Source: Naegleria gruberi (lineage: Eukaryota). From it: a stretch of DNA of 64,000 bases. The notes under the pieces were generated by a model. It saw only the letters and a list, made by a program, of their open reading frames with translations. It was not told the origin of the DNA and made no database searches. Position 1 is the stretch's first letter. Each line of letters begins with the position of its first letter. Below, piece by piece: positions 63,713 through 64,000 of the stretch. The DNA is taken from NCBI GenBank assembly GCA_000004985.1, contig GG738914.1; one strand, written 5' to 3'. The position numbers and the translations under genes are program-made.

Positions 63713-64000
63713 TTATTCACCCAATAATCTTCCTGCCTCCAATTTTAAGGCCTTTCCAATTGTGTTGGCCTCCATTGTTTCTTTCACATTCTCCAAATAT
63801 TTTAACATGACTTCCAAGATTCCATCATGAAATATTTTAATGGCATCTTCATTGAAAATCACTTGATTCTTCTCTGGTGTGTTGTCTTGTTCTTCTTCTA
63901 ATTGATTGGAAAGAAATTCTTTAAACGTATAAAAGGATATGATATTTCTTGCCAACTTCATTTTCTTTTTCAATTCGTTTCGTTTTCGTTTCTTCTTCAT
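63713..64000 (-). CDS. C-terminal fragment of a hypothetical gene that continues beyond the window end.
   Basis: Open minus-strand frame from the window edge to a stop at 63713 (…ILEVMLKYLENVKETMEANTIGKALKLEAGRLLGE*). No domain assignment. Confidence 0.3.
   Translation of the reverse strand: MKKKRKRNELKKKMKLARNIISFYTFKEFLSNQLEEEQDNTPEKNQVIFNEDAIKIFHDGILEVMLKYLENVKETMEANTIGKALKLEAGRLLGE

Noticed and set aside
1-64000. A prokaryotic or phage origin (operons, RBS, defence islands).
   Set aside because: Spliceosomal introns with GTAAGT donors, intron-containing type-II tRNAs, A-rich Kozak-like starts, and signal-peptide, EGF, F-box and histone-fold proteins establish a eukaryotic nuclear origin.

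Overview
This window is eukaryotic nuclear DNA, most likely from a dictyostelid-type social amoeba (Amoebozoa). Exons are gene-dense and about 62-66% AT, with very AT-rich intergenic DNA and introns. Start codons sit in A-rich contexts (AAAAATG), almost all stops are TAA, and short introns (40-186 nt) show GTAAGT/GTATGT donors and AG acceptors. Many proteins carry poly-N/Q/S/T low-complexity tracts. Type-II tRNA genes are present (Leu with predicted introns, Ser). Typical amoebozoan families appear: tenascin-type EGF type-I membrane proteins, F-box/LRR, NHL, RCC1-like and DUF4116-like repeat proteins. I found no prokaryotic operon structure, CRISPR array or clear mobile element. I count roughly 30 protein-coding genes, many multi-exon, which the single-ORF track cannot show, so I re-derived splice junctions by hand. 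There are 5 tRNA genes: 2 tRNA-Leu, 1 tRNA-Ser(UGA) and 2 near-identical tRNA-Ser(AGA) sharing duplicated flanks. Recognisable products include an ICMT-family membrane methyltransferase, a C2-domain protein, an NHL+BTB protein and two DUF4116-like repeat paralogs. A run of three N-myristoylation-motif low-complexity proteins lies between the DUF4116 genes. Further products are a POLE3/Dpb4-like histone-fold protein, an NmrA-like protein, an MBOAT acyltransferase, NAXE (NAD(P)H-hydrate epimerase) and an ABC1/ADCK atypical kinase. A large NRPS-like adenylation-thiolation-reductase gene resembles carboxylic-acid reductases. There are also a nucleotidyltransferase-fold-like protein, three large secreted or type-I membrane EGF-repeat proteins, two F-box/LRR paralogs and a secreted protein with a collagen-like Gly-X-Y mini-exon. 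The most striking pattern is that five otherwise well-conserved genes carry single frame disruptions (one in-frame TAA, four 1-nt frameshifts). That points to assembly indel errors or, less likely, a cluster of pseudogenes. No single previously undescribed system is obvious. The A-T-R reductase gene next to the ADCK kinase, the nucleotidyltransferase-like gene and the myristoylated low-complexity trio are the best candidates for follow-up.
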